From: the human T2T-CHM13v2.0 reference genome, Homo sapiens
Length of the DNA stretch: 64,000 bases
NCBI RefSeq assembly: GCF_009914755.1
Contig: NC_060937.1
Reading direction: 5' to 3' (one strand)
Shown: positions 16,175-31,239 of the stretch, piece by piece
How positions within the stretch are numbered: the first letter of the stretch is position 1
How the letters are laid out: each line of letters begins with the position of its first letter
Made by a program: the position numbers and the translations under genes
The notes under the pieces: generated by a model
Databases searched by the model: none
What the model saw: only the letters and a program-made list of their open reading frames with translations
What the model was told of the DNA's origin: nothing

Positions 16175-17195
16175 CAATTTTAAAAGCGAAAAATGAAAAA
16201 CTAGCAAATTTTAAAAAAATAAACAATTCACTTCTGAATGACCCATTCAGATCCAAAGACAAAATCATAAAGGAGATTAAAAATATTTAATCTAAATAAT
16301 ACCAAAAACATCACAGATCAAAATTTGTGTGATGCATCTGAAGTTGTATATCTTTAAATATATCTAGGAGAAAATAAGACAAGATGAAAATTAATGATCT
16401 AAGTATCTACCACAAAAATTGAGAAAAAATGACAAAATAAATTTTAAAATAAAGTTGAAGAATCAAAATAAGGATAAATGAATAAGGATAAGCATTAACA
16501 AAATAGTGACAAAATACAATAGAAAAAATAAATACAATCAAAAGCAAATTCTTTGATAAAACTAATCAAACAGGTAAAACTCTAGCAAGACTGATTAGGA
16601 AAAGAAGGCATAATTTATCAGTAATATGAGTGAAAAAGAGGGTATCATTAAAGATACTACATTCATCGAAAAAACAATAAAAGTATGCTATACATAATTT
16701 TACATCAGTAAATCTGAAATTTTAGATGAAGTGAGCAAATTAATTAAAAATACAATTAAAAACTGAACCAACAAAACGAGAGAAAATTTGAACGGTCCCA
16801 TGCTTGTCAAATAAATTGGACATTTAATTTAAAACCCTCACCTCTCCCCGCCCAGAAAAAAAAAAAATTTCAACTCTAGGCTTATGTAGCTTCACTGATG
16901 ATTTTTTCCAAATAGCTAAAGAAGAAATGATACCAATATAACACAAATTCTTCCAAATAATAGAAAAAAAGAAAATATTTTTCAACCTAGTTTGTACGGC
17001 AGCATAACCTCAATACCAAATCTGACAAAAGAAAGAAAACGTTGACAAATATTATACAAAAACACTGAATGAACTAATAACCAAATTCAATGACATACCA
17101 AAGACAATAAATCATGATCAAGTAAGGTTTATTCCAGGAATATACAGTTGGTTTAACATTAAAAAATCAATCAATATAATTTATCACATTATTAG

Positions 17196-17571
<376 letters not shown>

Positions 17572-17938
17572 AAAATTAAGTCCCTTCTTTAATATAAGAT
17601 CTCTGGCTTCTGTGATGTCTGTTTCAGTAAAATAATAATAATAATAATATTTCTCACCAAAGTGGAAACAGTGGGAAGTTTCCTAATCTGATCAATGATA
17701 TCTTTAAAACCCCCTACATGTAACTGGAATTTAAGGATCACATATTTACTGGTCCCTCCGTGAAGTTTGCAACAAAATAAACATATCAATATTTTACTTG
17801 AGTGCTTAGGCAGTCTAATAAGGTAAGGAAAAGAAATCAACATTGTAGATATTTGAAAGGAGAACAAAAAAAAATCAGTATTTTTTGATAACATAATTCT
17901 GTATGTAAAAATATCCAAAAGGCTCAACAAATAAATTA

Positions 17939-18000
17939 CTATATTGATGCAAAAGTAATTGCAGTTTTGCAATTAAAAGCAATTTTTTGCACCAATATAA
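17939..18000. mobile_element. MADE1 (Hsmar1-derived MITE), internally deleted
   Basis: Inverted termini tatattgatgcaaaagtaattgc ... gcaattttttgcaccaatata. Confidence 0.8.
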
Positions 18001-18637
18001 ATATAGGAAATAATAAGCAAATTAATAAAGCATCAGAATACAACATCAATTATGAAATCAACTATGTTTATATGAAAGTCATTGTGCATTGGGGACAATG
18101 ACCAACAAACAGAAGAATGGAATGGAGAAAGATCCATATATATAGTCCTCTAATACATAACAAAGGTGCCACTGCAATTCAGTGAAGGAAGGTTGACCTT
18201 TTCAATAAATGGTGCTGGGTTGACTGGATATACATATGAATCATAACCTCTGCCTCACACTATAAGCAAAAATTAATTTGAGATGAATCGCAGACCTAAA
18301 TATATGAAGTAAAATAGGAAAACTTACAGAAGGAAATGAGAGAACATATTCAAGAGTTTGGGGTAGGCATAAATTTTTGAAACAGAAAGCATAAAGCACT
18401 AACAATAAAGAGAAGACTTATAGGGTAGACTTCATTAAAATTAAGAACTTTGCTTCATCAAGAGAAAACATTAAAATAGTAGAAAGGCAAGTCGCAGAAT
18501 GTGATAAATTATTTACATTACATATATGTAACAAATGACTCACCTCCAGAATATATAAAGATCTCCAAAAAAAGAATAAACCAAACTTTTGAAATGAGCA
18601 AGAGAATTGATCAGATGCATGAAAAATATGTCCAAAT

Positions 18638-18646
18638 TATATATAC

Positions 18647-18713
<67 letters not shown>

Positions 18714-18714
18714 T
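18638..18714. repeat. Compound (TG)n(TA)n(CA)n microsatellite
   Basis: gtgtgtgtgtgt-(at)n-acacacacac. Confidence 0.97.
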
Positions 18715-19099
18715 GCATATGTTATACATTTATATTTGGACATCTTATTTTTCTGGAGAGAGAGAGAGATAGATAGATAGTTAAATAGATACGGTATCAT
18801 TCAACCTCAGTAGCCATCAGGGAAATGCAGTTAAAATCACAATGAAATACCAACATACATCACCAGAAAGACTAAAATCGAAAAGATTTATAATACCATA
18901 CTTTGAGAAGAATGTAGAGCAACAGGCACTTTCATACATTGCTTTTGGGAGTGTGTATAGATAGACACTTTGGGAACATTTTGGCAATATCTACTGACAC
19001 AGCACGTTAATATTCCCCATGATCTAGCAATTCCACTCCACAATATTTGCCTGAAGAATGAGATCTTATGGCCACAGAAGACATGACAGATATAATAAC

Positions 19100-22000
19100 G
19101 CTTATAACTTCAGGCCACTTCCTTCATACAGTTTATGACCAAATGCACTGCTCACTGTTCTTCCCATTTGGAAGAGAAAACTCCCCTTCCTTGTCTTTAA
19201 GAACCATTACAGAGAGTGGCTGTAATGCAACCACCATCTATTTCTGGCTTTCATCCATCCATAAGCCAAACTTTGTGGGTTTTCTCCTCTACTGTTAATT
19301 GTAAAGAACTCCTTATTCTGCCATTGGAACAAGCCAAAGAAGATACATTTACCGCAATCATAGTTAGTGACATGGGAATATTTGGGTTACCAGCTCATGA
19401 AGCTTACTCACACCTCCCGGTCCTTCTCAGGCTCACCCATAAACACCTTTTCAATCTTATAATGGAATGCTGCTCAGCACACCCAACTTTATAACTTGGT
19501 AGATCTTTATGTTTTGGTAAATCATAACCCAGCTCAAAGATGGGTATTTCTAGGTGCATTGTGACTCAGCGTGCTATGTTCAAGCATAACATCATCACCA
19601 CAGCCCAGTAACACACCAGGAGCTATTTCTAGAAAAGTGTATGATGCCTGCAGTAGACTTCAGATGGCATAGCATTGCTTTAGAACCCCAGGGGCCTACA
19701 CTGTGATGTTCCTACTGAAATTTTCCATAAACTCTATAATTTATCTTCTACTGCTGACACCTCCTAGTGTCTGTTGGATCACGTGGCACAATTGGCAGCA
19801 CAATCTGCAAAGTCTGGATCTGCTATATAGTCTTTTCCTGCTCTGAGCCCCAGTCAAAGCTGACAGCCTAAGTTGTCACCTGGTATCTGGGCCTGAGCAA
19901 TATTTCTTGGTTTGAAATGTGTTGCCTCAAAAACCTAAGCAGTCCTTTCAGATGTCCTTTATGGTAGGAGAAAGAAGATGTAGCAATTTGACTTTTACTT
20001 TGGAACCGTACAAACTTTGCTAAAACAGTATGTTCATGAATCTCCTTAGAATTATTTTCCACCCTCTGGAGTTCATATGTCTTTCCATGGTTTCAAGTCA
20101 TCTCTTGCTTGTTCTGCCTAATCAGCATGATGTCATAAGTCTGATGGATCAATGTGAGTAAGCACTGTTTCTGAAGGCGAAGGCATTTTAGCCTATGTAC
20201 ATTCACTAATGAACACATTAGCTGAAGAATATATTCACTAAATCAATGGCACCTTACCACGTTCCATTATTGTTATTCTACTCTAGCAATGATATCATCT
20301 AGCATGGCAGCTTCAATCAGGACTGCTAGCTGGCTGAGCTTGCAATTCTCTGAGATCCATGTAATTTCTTCAGGAGGGTAGACAAGGTGAGTTAAATGGA
20401 GATATGGTAGGGACCACCACCCTTGCATCCCTTAGATTTTAGTGGAAATACTAATCTCTACCATTCACCCTCGGATGCAATCGTGATTTTTATTTGCTGT
20501 TTTGACTAGGGCAAGGAGCAGTTTCAGCGGCTTCCATTTTACTTTCACCAGTATGATAGATCCTACCCCACAGGACAAAGAGTCACCCAATATCAGCATC
20601 ATTCTCTGCCAAGTATATCAATCCCAACTGTATATTTGGGGATTTGGGAAATTGCTGTCAGTGGGTTTATGGACCTCATAGTCCCATTGCAAGTGAGACT
20701 TTAGCTAGGGTTTCTCTTTTTACCCTGCCAGCATATGCCTTCTTTCTAACAAGGAGCCATAATGACACTTTACATCACTAGGTTAACAATGTCAATTTTT
20801 ACTGTTTGTTCGGTAATCCTTGAAATATCTGGGTATTCCCACATATACAATTTCCATGTATACAATCCTCCAAAAAAAATGCTCATATGTGCCTGTGATG
20901 ATTAATATTGAGTGCCAACTTGATCGGATTGTAGGTGGCAAAGTATTGTTCCTGGGTGTGTCTGTGAGGGTGTTGCCAAAGGAGATTAACATTTGAGTCA
21001 GTAGACTGGGAAAGGCAGACTCATCTTCAATCTGGGTGGGCACCATCTAATCAGCTGCCAGTGTGGCCAGAATATAAGCAGGCAGAAGAACGTGGAAGGA
21101 CTAGACTGGCATAGTCTCCCAGCCTATATCTTTCTCTAGTGCTGGATGCTTCCTGCCCCTGGACATGGAACTCCAAGTTCTACTCTTGGACCTTCAATCA
21201 CAGACTGAAGGCTGCACTGTCGGCTTCCCGGCTTTTGGGGTTTGGGGACTCAGATTGGCTTCCTTGCTCCTTGGCTTGCAGAGAGCCTGTTGTGGGACCC
21301 CGCCTCATGATCATGTGAGTCAATACTCCTTAATGAATTATCCTTTATATAAACATCTATCCTATTAGCTCTGTCCCTCTAGAGAACCCTGACTAATACA
21401 GTGCCTTTAGGAAAGAACTGCAGAAAGTATTGAGGTATATCCTCACTGCAGTATTGCAGTGTCCTTCTCCCTGGGGACCTGACCCTCTCCTAAATCAGTG
21501 GGTTCCAGAACTAGAAATTAGTTTGGGTTCAAAAACCTAGGGAAATGACCTTGATTTTTTATTAGGATGACAATCCTCAGCCTTCCACCTCTTCATTATT
21601 TCTTCTTCTGATTGCCGATGTAAAGCAAACGTCTTAATGGCTGACTATCTCTTTTGCCTCTAGGGATACCATGTTCTTTCAACCATCTTCACACCTTCCT
21701 ACAATTAGTGCTCCCTAGGCAGACCCTCTGATCTTGCTAGTTATTATGGTCATTGTGGCTCTCTGGCCTTTGGTAGTTTCTATTGCTTCATGGTCTGATC
21801 ATCCCATGGATGGTAACAAGTCTGACTCTGTGGTCACCTCTCCTACTTGCCTGCAGAGGAGAGCCTCCACTGCGCTTTAATGATGCTGGTGTTCCTTTCA
21901 TTCCTGCACTGCTGACGGCCTCTGGGTCTTTTCATGCAAGTAATCCTGGGGTGAGTCTTTCTGCCTCACACATATCCTGAATGTATATTCAAGCACACTG

Positions 22001-23095
22001 AAACCCCTGGGCTTTTTTATTCCTTTCTCTGTCATCTGCCACGGCACTCAGGCATTTCATCTTCATTAGCAAAGGCCACCATTCACTTCAACCCTCTTGG
22101 ACTCACCCTAGCATTGAGTCCCATCTCTGGGGTCCTTGCCAGAATGTTAAATTCTCTGTTTCAAAACAATGCCCCCAAGTCTCTGAATTCTTGCTTATGG
22201 AATCTTTTTCTAACTGCCTTGATCGAGTACCCTCAAAATCCAGTTCCAAGGGTACTTTCTTAGCTACTGTTAGTATATGCAAGCTAATTCTTGCAAGTTT
22301 CTTTGGAATGTAGTATCCTCTTTCCTTATCATATTCAACACATCCCCAGCAGATTATACTGGGACTTAACCCTACTGGTTGGTTTGGCATCCAGGAAAAG
22401 TGGTGGGACAATTCCTGGAAAGGGCTTTTGCTGCCTAGCAAGGGAGAGGCCTCTGCAGTCTTTCCATAGTGGGAAAGTGTTAACTCTTATTAGGAATAGG
22501 GGCCATCTCTGTAATCACGTTGGCTGCAGGAAAGTCTGCAAAGGCACAGTCTTCAGGGACCTAACCCATATTTCAGGGTCTCAAGTGGTTTGTTTGTTTT
22601 TTAAATTCAGGGCCCTGACCTTTGTATAACGACCTTCTTGGGCTCAGCATTTAAATGTCTGGAGCTCTACAACTCTAACTTAGTCTTATGCTTGCTGCTC
22701 AGCTGTGTCTACTGCAGGACAAGCTTTGGTAGCTTATAAAAAGGATCTCAGGTCCTCACACATCCTTTAACTCTTCATAAACAACCTCTGATTCCCCATT
22801 ATCCCTCTGCAGGGGATCAATACAATTTTGGGATAAGTAGCCAACTCCACTCTCCTTTAGCACTGTTCTCTCAATGCCTTTTCAATGCTAGAATCATTGC
22901 AGCAGTAAGAGAGTTCCCTCCCACCAGGATGTTTTCCCAGGTTACCATCAGTGAAAGTTTTAGCAGTTGGGCCACTGCTGTGTGCCAGGAACCATCTGTG
23001 CCCCACATACCACTCAGGGCCTTTCGTGCCAGCCAGTTGGCAAGCAAAACCTGGTCCCCCAACTCCATCTTACCAACTGCTTTTCTGGCACCAAC
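19100..23095 (-). mobile_element. Ancient ERVL-class internal region, degraded and interrupted by MLT2A
   Basis: On the minus strand the LTR is followed by a PBS-like agttggtgccagaaaa (23081-23095); no intact ORF. Confidence 0.5.
20894..21400 (+). mobile_element. MLT2A (HERV-L) solo LTR
   Basis: TG...CA termini (tgtgatgattaatattgagtg ... ctagagaaccctgactaataca); perfect 5-bp TSD GTGCC at 20889-20893 and 21401-21405. Confidence 0.95.
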
Positions 23096-23508
23096 TGTTA
23101 CTTAGGTCCTCCGAGAAGCAGACACCACAACAGAATTAGAAATACAAGAGATTTATCAGGGAAAATGCCTGTGAAGGCTAAAGGGGAGAGAGAACAGATA
23201 GGACAGCCTCAAACCACAATGCAGGTTTGACACCATGAGGAGAAAGAGGCACAGAATGAGAATTTGGTCAGAAGCCCCCCCCCACGCCCAGTCTGCATTG
23301 CACCTCTGAAAAGATCTTGGCCAGACCTGTAGAGGACCCAGAGCACAGACTGTTCTTTACAAGAACTCTGCAATGAGCATAAATGGGATGCTCTAGGGTC
23401 TAGGCCATGTGAGGTCATTGGCTGGGGGCAGCTCAGGGAGAGAGTTGTGTTGGTGTGAATGCTCTGGAGGGTCCTGAAAGTAGAGCACCTGGAAGGTGTC
23501 TCATAACA
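23096..23508 (-). mobile_element. ERVL-class LTR (LTR33/41/52-like), 5' LTR of the adjacent internal region
   Basis: tgttacttaggtcctccgagaagcagacacc...agagatttatcagggaaaatgcctgtgaagg; TG..CA ends next to the PBS. Confidence 0.6.
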
Positions 23509-26206
23509 ACAGGCATTCTTAAAGGGATGTGAGTAAATAGGACATTCAAGTGCTTGAGGTATTCTACGCACTGGCCTAGGAAATGGTCACATAGGTATGT
23601 GCCCTTTGTAAGAATTAACTTAGTCATAAATATAAGACAAGTATTTTTGTATATGTATTTTATGTACAAATATATGTGTTACGTAAATTTACTTCAAAGA
23701 TGCCATGTAAAGAATGGAAGCCACCATTCTGAATAATTCTACCTAAATATCCTAGGAACGACCCCACCCTTAGAAGAAACCACATAGTGAATATAAGTAG
23801 TTTGGTTTTTATTTGTGTCATTCAGAAAATTGACTCATTTCTCCCACCACACTCTGTATAATCTCAAAATAATGAGTTATTTCTGCATGCTATATAGTAA
23901 CCAAAGACAAGGACTCCTTTTTGAATCACAACATTCTTAGAACTGCTAAGCCTCTTAAATGTCTATTTATTTTTGTGTGTGTGCGTGATTTTAGGCTGTA
24001 CTGAAACCCCATGTTTAATGCATTCTTTTGGGGCTCCCGCTTAGGCCTGAGTCTGATTGCTTCTGGGATGGAAAGAGAATAGCTGAGATTTCAAGTCCTG
24101 TTGTGCAAAATCTGTAGCTGTTCAAGCGCCTTAGATAGAATTTGGATGAGTAGCCTGGAGTACTGGCCAAGATATGTTCCCAGTCCTGTTCGTATAGTCC
24201 CATTATCTGTCTGCTCTGACAGCCACAACTCAGAGCTTTTATCTCAAAAAGAAAAATCATAATAATAAATGGAAACATAAATAGCATAGTGTGAAATTCA
24301 GTACCAGCTAGGAAGCATTCCCATATTTAGGTACAGGCTCCTTTAGTTTTGCAAATTTGAGCTTAGAATCTTTGCTTTAGGTCTCAAAGCAGCTATCTTG
24401 TTCTGGTCATGGCCTTTCTCTAGAAAACCAGGATAAAGTCACATTCGCAATAGTGACAAAATCTTCCCTCTTCAAAAAAAAGAACAAGTATAAAGTGCAT
24501 TTGGAATTTTCCAACTGTGAGCTCTCTGTGAAGGGATGATTTCAAAAAGTAAAGTATAGAAAACCTCGTAGAACTGGAAGGACAATTGTCTTTTTTATTA
24601 CTATTGGACATTGTATCATTTTCTTTTTCAAATTTCACAAATGCCTCTTAATTAATAAGTATGTCATCAATAAAATGTCAGAAGTGAAAAAGAATTGACT
24701 CTGTTCTGTCTTGAAAAATGACTTCCAGATTCCATAAAATGAAATTATAAGTAAAAACTAATCCTTCTAAAGTGTGTTTTGATGGGACTGTTTTTCAAAA
24801 TGTGATTAGAAAGTAACAGCTAAGTTAAAATTTTGACATAAATTCAACAAACGGTTTTTAGAATGCTATTTTTTTCTTGCTAACAAAGCCAAGTTACTCA
24901 AGATTAATGTGACAAAAAAATATGCTCTATCTCTCTCCTGCCTTCTTCAGAGAGAAACTTTAAAGCTGGCTGCTGCAGGTTTTAAAAACAGATGTCAGAC
25001 ACATGTTTTTAGGCATTTGTTCAATGAAGCTGCACGTCATGATCTGGCCCCGGTAGCAAGAGTGATGTAAAGAAGTGTCCTTAGGTTGACAAGGGAAGAA
25101 AAATTTGGAAAAATCTTGTAATATCCTGAAATAAATTTCATACATCACTGAAAACAAAGGAATGTAAAGCTGAATAGATTGGAGTTGGAGCCCTTTTTTT
25201 AATCATGTCGGCCAAAAGCGTTCCAGTCAATAGTCCTAACACACCACAGATGAGGACAGATTTACCACTTGACTTCACTGAATAACAATCTCAAAGCTTA
25301 AAGGAATCTGTGTAAAAGAGACATAGTGAAGCTTAATGCATTCTGATTATTTTCTAGAGGCAGAATGTTGCTTAAACATGAAGTCTCAGAATATAAAATG
25401 TAAAGATAGAGAAGGCTATCTTGAATATACAATGACTTTGGATACAGGGGGAAAAAAACTGAAATAGTGCCTGGAAAAGCCAAGGAGTCTTTCTAGAACA
25501 AGAATGTAGAATGAAGGAAATGCCTGGGGCTTTGGCCTGGAGCTATGTCTATATAACAAGACTGATTCAATTATTCTGTAGCTGTTTCCTTTTTTGTTTA
25601 AAATAATCCAATAGCTGCAAAATCAATCTGAGACCTTCATGGTTTGTGTGATCCAATTTTCAAGACAGAAACAAAGCTGATAACCAAACTGCATTTGCCG
25701 ATAAGCCATTTCTATAATCAAAATTTCTATGATTAAGATAAGTGGAAAATATTTGTTGTTACCCTTGTTTAATGTAAACCCTTTTCCTATCAAGTTTATC
25801 TAGAGTACACACAAATCAAATTAATAAACAAATAATGCCAACTCCTGTTTTAAAGTGCTATTGTGAAGAAGCTGTTACCTCAGATGACAGTTGTAAAGCT
25901 GACTACTACCTGGAATTGGTACTTTATTTTCCATGAACAGTTGTAGCATAATCCATATAAAAGTGTGATGAAATAATCAAGTTGTACCACCTCGTTTTAA
26001 TGGAGCATACACATTTCATACAACCTGGGAGTGTGGAGGAGGAGAGAGTATTTATGGGATATGGAATCAACTACAAATGAATGGGCTTCTGAAAAAGAGT
26101 AGATATTTCCAGCTAATTCGTAACCTGGCTGTTTATCTTTCCCCCATAAAAAGCAGAGACGTCTAGGAGAATCTTTCCCAGCATCCATGAAAAATATTTA
26201 CAGATA

Positions 26207-26517
26207 CAGTCATTCATCACTTAACAACAGAGATACATTCTGAGAAATGCACTGTTAGTCGATTCTGTCATTGTGCAAACATCATAGAATGTACTCACAC
26301 GAATCCAGATTGGATAGCCTGCTACACACCTAGGCTATATGGAACAGCCTATTGCTCCAAGGCTACAAACCTGTACAGCATGTACAGAATATTGAAGGCA
26401 ATTGTAACACAATGGTAAGCATTTGTGTATCTAAATCCATCTAAATGTAGAAAAGGTATAGTAAAAATATGGTATTATAATCTTATGGGACCCCTTTGGA
26501 TATGCAATGCATGACTA
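26207..26517. mobile_element. Tigger3a/MER7A-like MITE
   Basis: ta-cagtcattcatcacttaacaacagagatacattctgagaaatgc ... gcatgacta-ta; TA TSD. Confidence 0.85.
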
Positions 26518-27989
26518 TATTTTAGCTGAAAGCACCAGCCCACTTCTTTTAGAGAGGAGCAGAGCCACACCCCCTGTCTTTCCACCATGTATTTAGATCT
26601 TGGAGATTAGGAATTAAAAACATGAGCAATGCAAGCAAAAATGCAGATGATAAGATTTGTGTGATACATTGCAAGCTGGAAAGTTCCTTTATGGAGGAAT
26701 TCAGTTTAAACAACAACAGAAAGAGACATGAGAATCCTCTAGTGTATGAGCTCCAAGCCTTGAAGTTGGTCAACACAGTGTGTGGATTAGCAGAAAAAGC
26801 TGAAACAGAACATGGGGCTACCAAGGAACAGAGGGATCTGGGGAGAGATGCTAATCAATCCATTAGGAATGCAGGATTTATCAATACCCAATTGAGAAAA
26901 GGCTACTAACATTGCAGTTTTGTCTGCGTGATACTTATAATTGCATGCCACTCCAGTTTGCTGGCAAAATTAGTCCCAGCAAAAATTTTACTAAACTTTA
27001 GCCAGCTGAAAGTCCTCACCAGCATAATTACTATGTCAACCTCTGTCCCTTATCATGTCCTCAACTGGTTTTAGGAATTCCAAAGCACATTAATGTTCTT
27101 ACTTTCTGGACTCATCATTTAAGTTTCTGCCCACAGGTTTTGTGAGGTAGTCACCTCGCCTCTGCCACTGCTGCTATTCTATAAAAATGAAATCTGCTTC
27201 CCCATCACTCCAGCAGGCACAGCCAGCACCTCCACCTCTGAAATTTTCCAGGGCCCTGTGGTTGCAATCACTGCATTGCATTCTGCACAGAAACAGAAAG
27301 AATGCCCTTCTCCCAAACTCTGTGCAATGTTGTCACCTGGGTCTTAATGCAGTATTGTGGGCGCCATGAGTCACCAAGATCTCTTGTCAAACAGTTCCTG
27401 TTTCTCAGGAGTCAAACAGAAATGGCCCTGCCCTCATATCCTCAGTCATCAGCTCTTTCTGCTCAACACTCAGAACTACTTCAGCCCTCCCCCTTCTCCC
27501 CAAAATACCTCCTTTAGCTGAAGTAAATCAAGCCAGAAAAAGCTGTCAAGCACAGCAATGAAAATCCATGATGAGGAATGATGGGCCCTGGCCTGGCGTA
27601 TCCACTGGCTTACTCTATTGTTGTTATGCTGTAGAAACTATAAAGAAATGGCTCTCAAAAAGATGACTCCTATTGAGTATCAGTCCTAGGAAGTCAAAGT
27701 CCTCATCTATAACAAAGCATAAGGCAATAATTTGCTTCTAGAAGTTCTCTGGGCTCTTGCCCCAGGATAAAAGCTTTCAGAGGGGAATAGGAGGCATTGC
27801 CTGCTGCTCACTGCCAAGGTGGAGGGTGGGCTAAGGATGGACAGTGGTGGGTTCACCTTCAGTTGCTGATTCAGAAATGCCTGGAAAGCATCCAATGGGA
27901 GGGCTCCAGGAAGCTGACTCCTTTCTTTTGCCCGAATCTGATAAAATCTTAGGTTTCCCATGTGAACTAAGCAGACCAGGGAAGAGCAG

Positions 27990-28205
27990 GAGTTCTGGAG
28001 ACCAAGAGTCCTGGAGGCTAATGTTGGCCTGCCATTCCATAACTGGGTAATATTGGCTAATTTGCTTAACAAGTCTATTCAAGCCTTGGTTTTGTCATCT
28101 ACATAATGGAGAGAAAATAATAACTACAGTTGTCATTGAAGACTCAATGAAATAATGCTGATCAAGGGTTTGCCTCAGACACAGGAAGTGGTCAGTAACT
28201 GTTGG
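27990..28205. mobile_element. MIR fragment
   Basis: gccttggttttgtcatctacataatggag resembles the MIR core. Confidence 0.55.
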
Positions 28206-29456
28206 CTACCACTACCAATGTAGTAGACTTAAACACAGGCAAGCCTGCAAATGCCTAACATGCATATTAAGTCTTCTTTAGAAAATCCATTCCCTAAAAG
28301 TTGCCTTTAAATGAAAGTTAGATCAGACTGTAAATAATGTCACCTACAAAGAGGGAAAGATAGATGCTGCAGTCATGGCAGCAAGTTGCCAGAGGGCTAG
28401 GGGTTCTGATAGAAAAAGCCTTTAGGAGCTTGACCTGGACTGCAGCTGGGGCAGCTGATAGGGAAGAAATTAAAGAGGGCCACAATGAGAAATGCACTGT
28501 GGCTTTCTTCCAAATGGTGTTTTATAAAGTTTGACTTCACGTGAAAGCAAGAGGAAGAAATCTGGTTCTCTTTGAAAGGCAGATCTGACTTTAAGTCAAG
28601 AAATGTAATAGAATCTCGTTCTCGCAGGGGAAACTGTTGAGCATGGCGCTCACCATGGAGCATGCAGTGGCAGGTGGCTCTGTGGGAGTGTGACTGGAGG
28701 GGAAAAACCAATCCACTGACACTACAGGAACTCTCTGAGATACAACTTATTGACTTGACGGGGCCCACTTTATCCCCCGAAGATGATTACGGAGACATAA
28801 GCAGGGACGTTGAATAAACACAGACACAGACTCCACAGTCTCATTGAGTGTCCCGAAGGAGCACCCCTATGAAATACATCTTGTACTTCTAAAGGCACTG
28901 CATGCATTATGCAGGTGCTCCCAGCTGCCCAGGAACACCAAAGTCAGCTTGGTTACTCATCAGCTCAACTGAACTTTACGCACTGACACACTAGCACCTG
29001 CAGAAAACTGGATTCCTCGTGTGGGTGAAAAGTGGGTCACAGAGAGAAGCTGCACAAAGCCTTTTCTGAGAGTTACAAGGCAAACTGAATAGACCTGAAT
29101 TTAAATCATGTGTGACTGTCTCCATTCTGAAGATTATCATCCACACCTATGACCAGAAATCCAATTATGAAAAATAATAATAGAGACAGATAAAATTATG
29201 GGGAATATTTTGAAAATCATGAACGTGAATTTTTCTTTTAACTGTCTAAGTTCATGATCTCTACCCAACATGACCCAAGGCAACCATCTGCATGGAAAAT
29301 GGGGATTTGTTCCATAAAGAATAAACAAGCAAAGATTGAGATTATACTTAGCTTCTGACACTGAAAATAGGAAATTTTAGCAACATGGCTTATTACTAAT
29401 ACTCTAAATTTCTTTGTTGTCTCTGCTGAAGGATTCTACTCATTTTCTTCCTCCAT

Positions 29457-29501
<45 letters not shown>

Positions 29502-29504
29502 GTG
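29457..29504. repeat. (TG)n microsatellite
   Basis: About 16 uninterrupted TG units plus degenerate flanks. Confidence 0.97.
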
Positions 29505-30538
29505 CCTTTCTAGATAAGTTCTGGCTAGAGGAGCAAGTCAATAGGACCTGCAGTTCTGGGTCAACTAAAGACATTATATAGCAGAAAGGGATGGGAATCC
29601 AGGAGATAGAAGAAACCAGAGAAAAGAAAGGTTGGAGGGAAGGCCATGACATGTGTGATCTGATTTGTTACTCTCTAAGCTTTAGTGCATATTAAATAAT
29701 TGACATTCAGGGATTGAGGGCAGTTGGGGACTTCTGGAACTACAGAAGAATACTGAGTTACAGTTGTTCTGTACCCATCCTATTCACAACCTTATCCAAA
29801 TCAACCTGGTTGTTTGGCGAAGTCAGGCCTGTTTTTTAGCTTCACTGGGTCATCTATGCTTCCAAGTAACATAGACAGAACCCAAGGACACCTGAGAATC
29901 TGGCTGGGGCCATGGCTGACAGCCATATCCTCACTGGAATGAGGCAGGTCGGCATCCAGGACATGATCAGTTGGGCAGCAACTGGGGGTTGCCCTCAGGA
30001 CTCAGAGGGCTTCATCCCATCTGTGGGAGAAGAGTTACAGACAAAGTAACCTGCAGAGCGTCACAGGCACTTACCAAAGCAAGGGAGGAGACACAGCAGC
30101 TGGAAGGCAGCTATGGAACCACACAGGTCAAGGGACATCACTCCAGAAGCCAAGGAACCCAAGGACACCAAGTGCAAGGACCCTGAATTTGGCTTTCGTT
30201 GTGAGATCTTGTAAGTCTTACCATTCCTGCCACATACCCAGATGACTTCTTGAAAGGGTTCTAGGGGCTAGCCAGAAGACTGACAAATAAACAATCAAAT
30301 AAACAATGTCTGGTTTTTCCCTAAAGGACTGAGGTGAACATCTTTTTAAATTGCAAATCATGTTGCATTTTAACTCAAGTATGAATGTCAGTTGTGTATT
30401 GTTTCAGTTTGTTTGTTTGCTCCCAGGTAACCAGAAGCAGGAAAGCCAGATTCATTATAGCAAACATGGCAGGGCTATATATACTCTGGTCATTTCAGCC
30501 ACAGTGAGAGTGGAATTTGCCGGTCTTCTTTGCAATTA

Positions 30539-30988
<450 letters not shown>

Positions 30989-31239
30989 CTATATATATCT
31001 AGAATCTGCTTCTATATATATATCTATGTAGATATATAGATATATTTTAAACAATACATCAAAATGGAATGAATGTCACTAATTAACTCATGCTAAGAGG
31101 CAAGACCAATAAACAGCATTTTTTTTTAAAGCACACATTGAAATCCAAATCAGTGACTAAGTAATGAATATGTTTACTACTCGACTCATGGGCTCCATTC
31201 AGGAAGTGACATTTGATAGCGTTTCTCAGTCATTGGTTG

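Noticed and set aside
26622-26909. Unique-sequence ORFs (also 28397-28768, 33202-33456, 58779-58985)
   Set aside because: They show no recognisable protein family or convincing splice or promoter context, and their lengths fit chance ORFs. Small real exons cannot be excluded without alignment.
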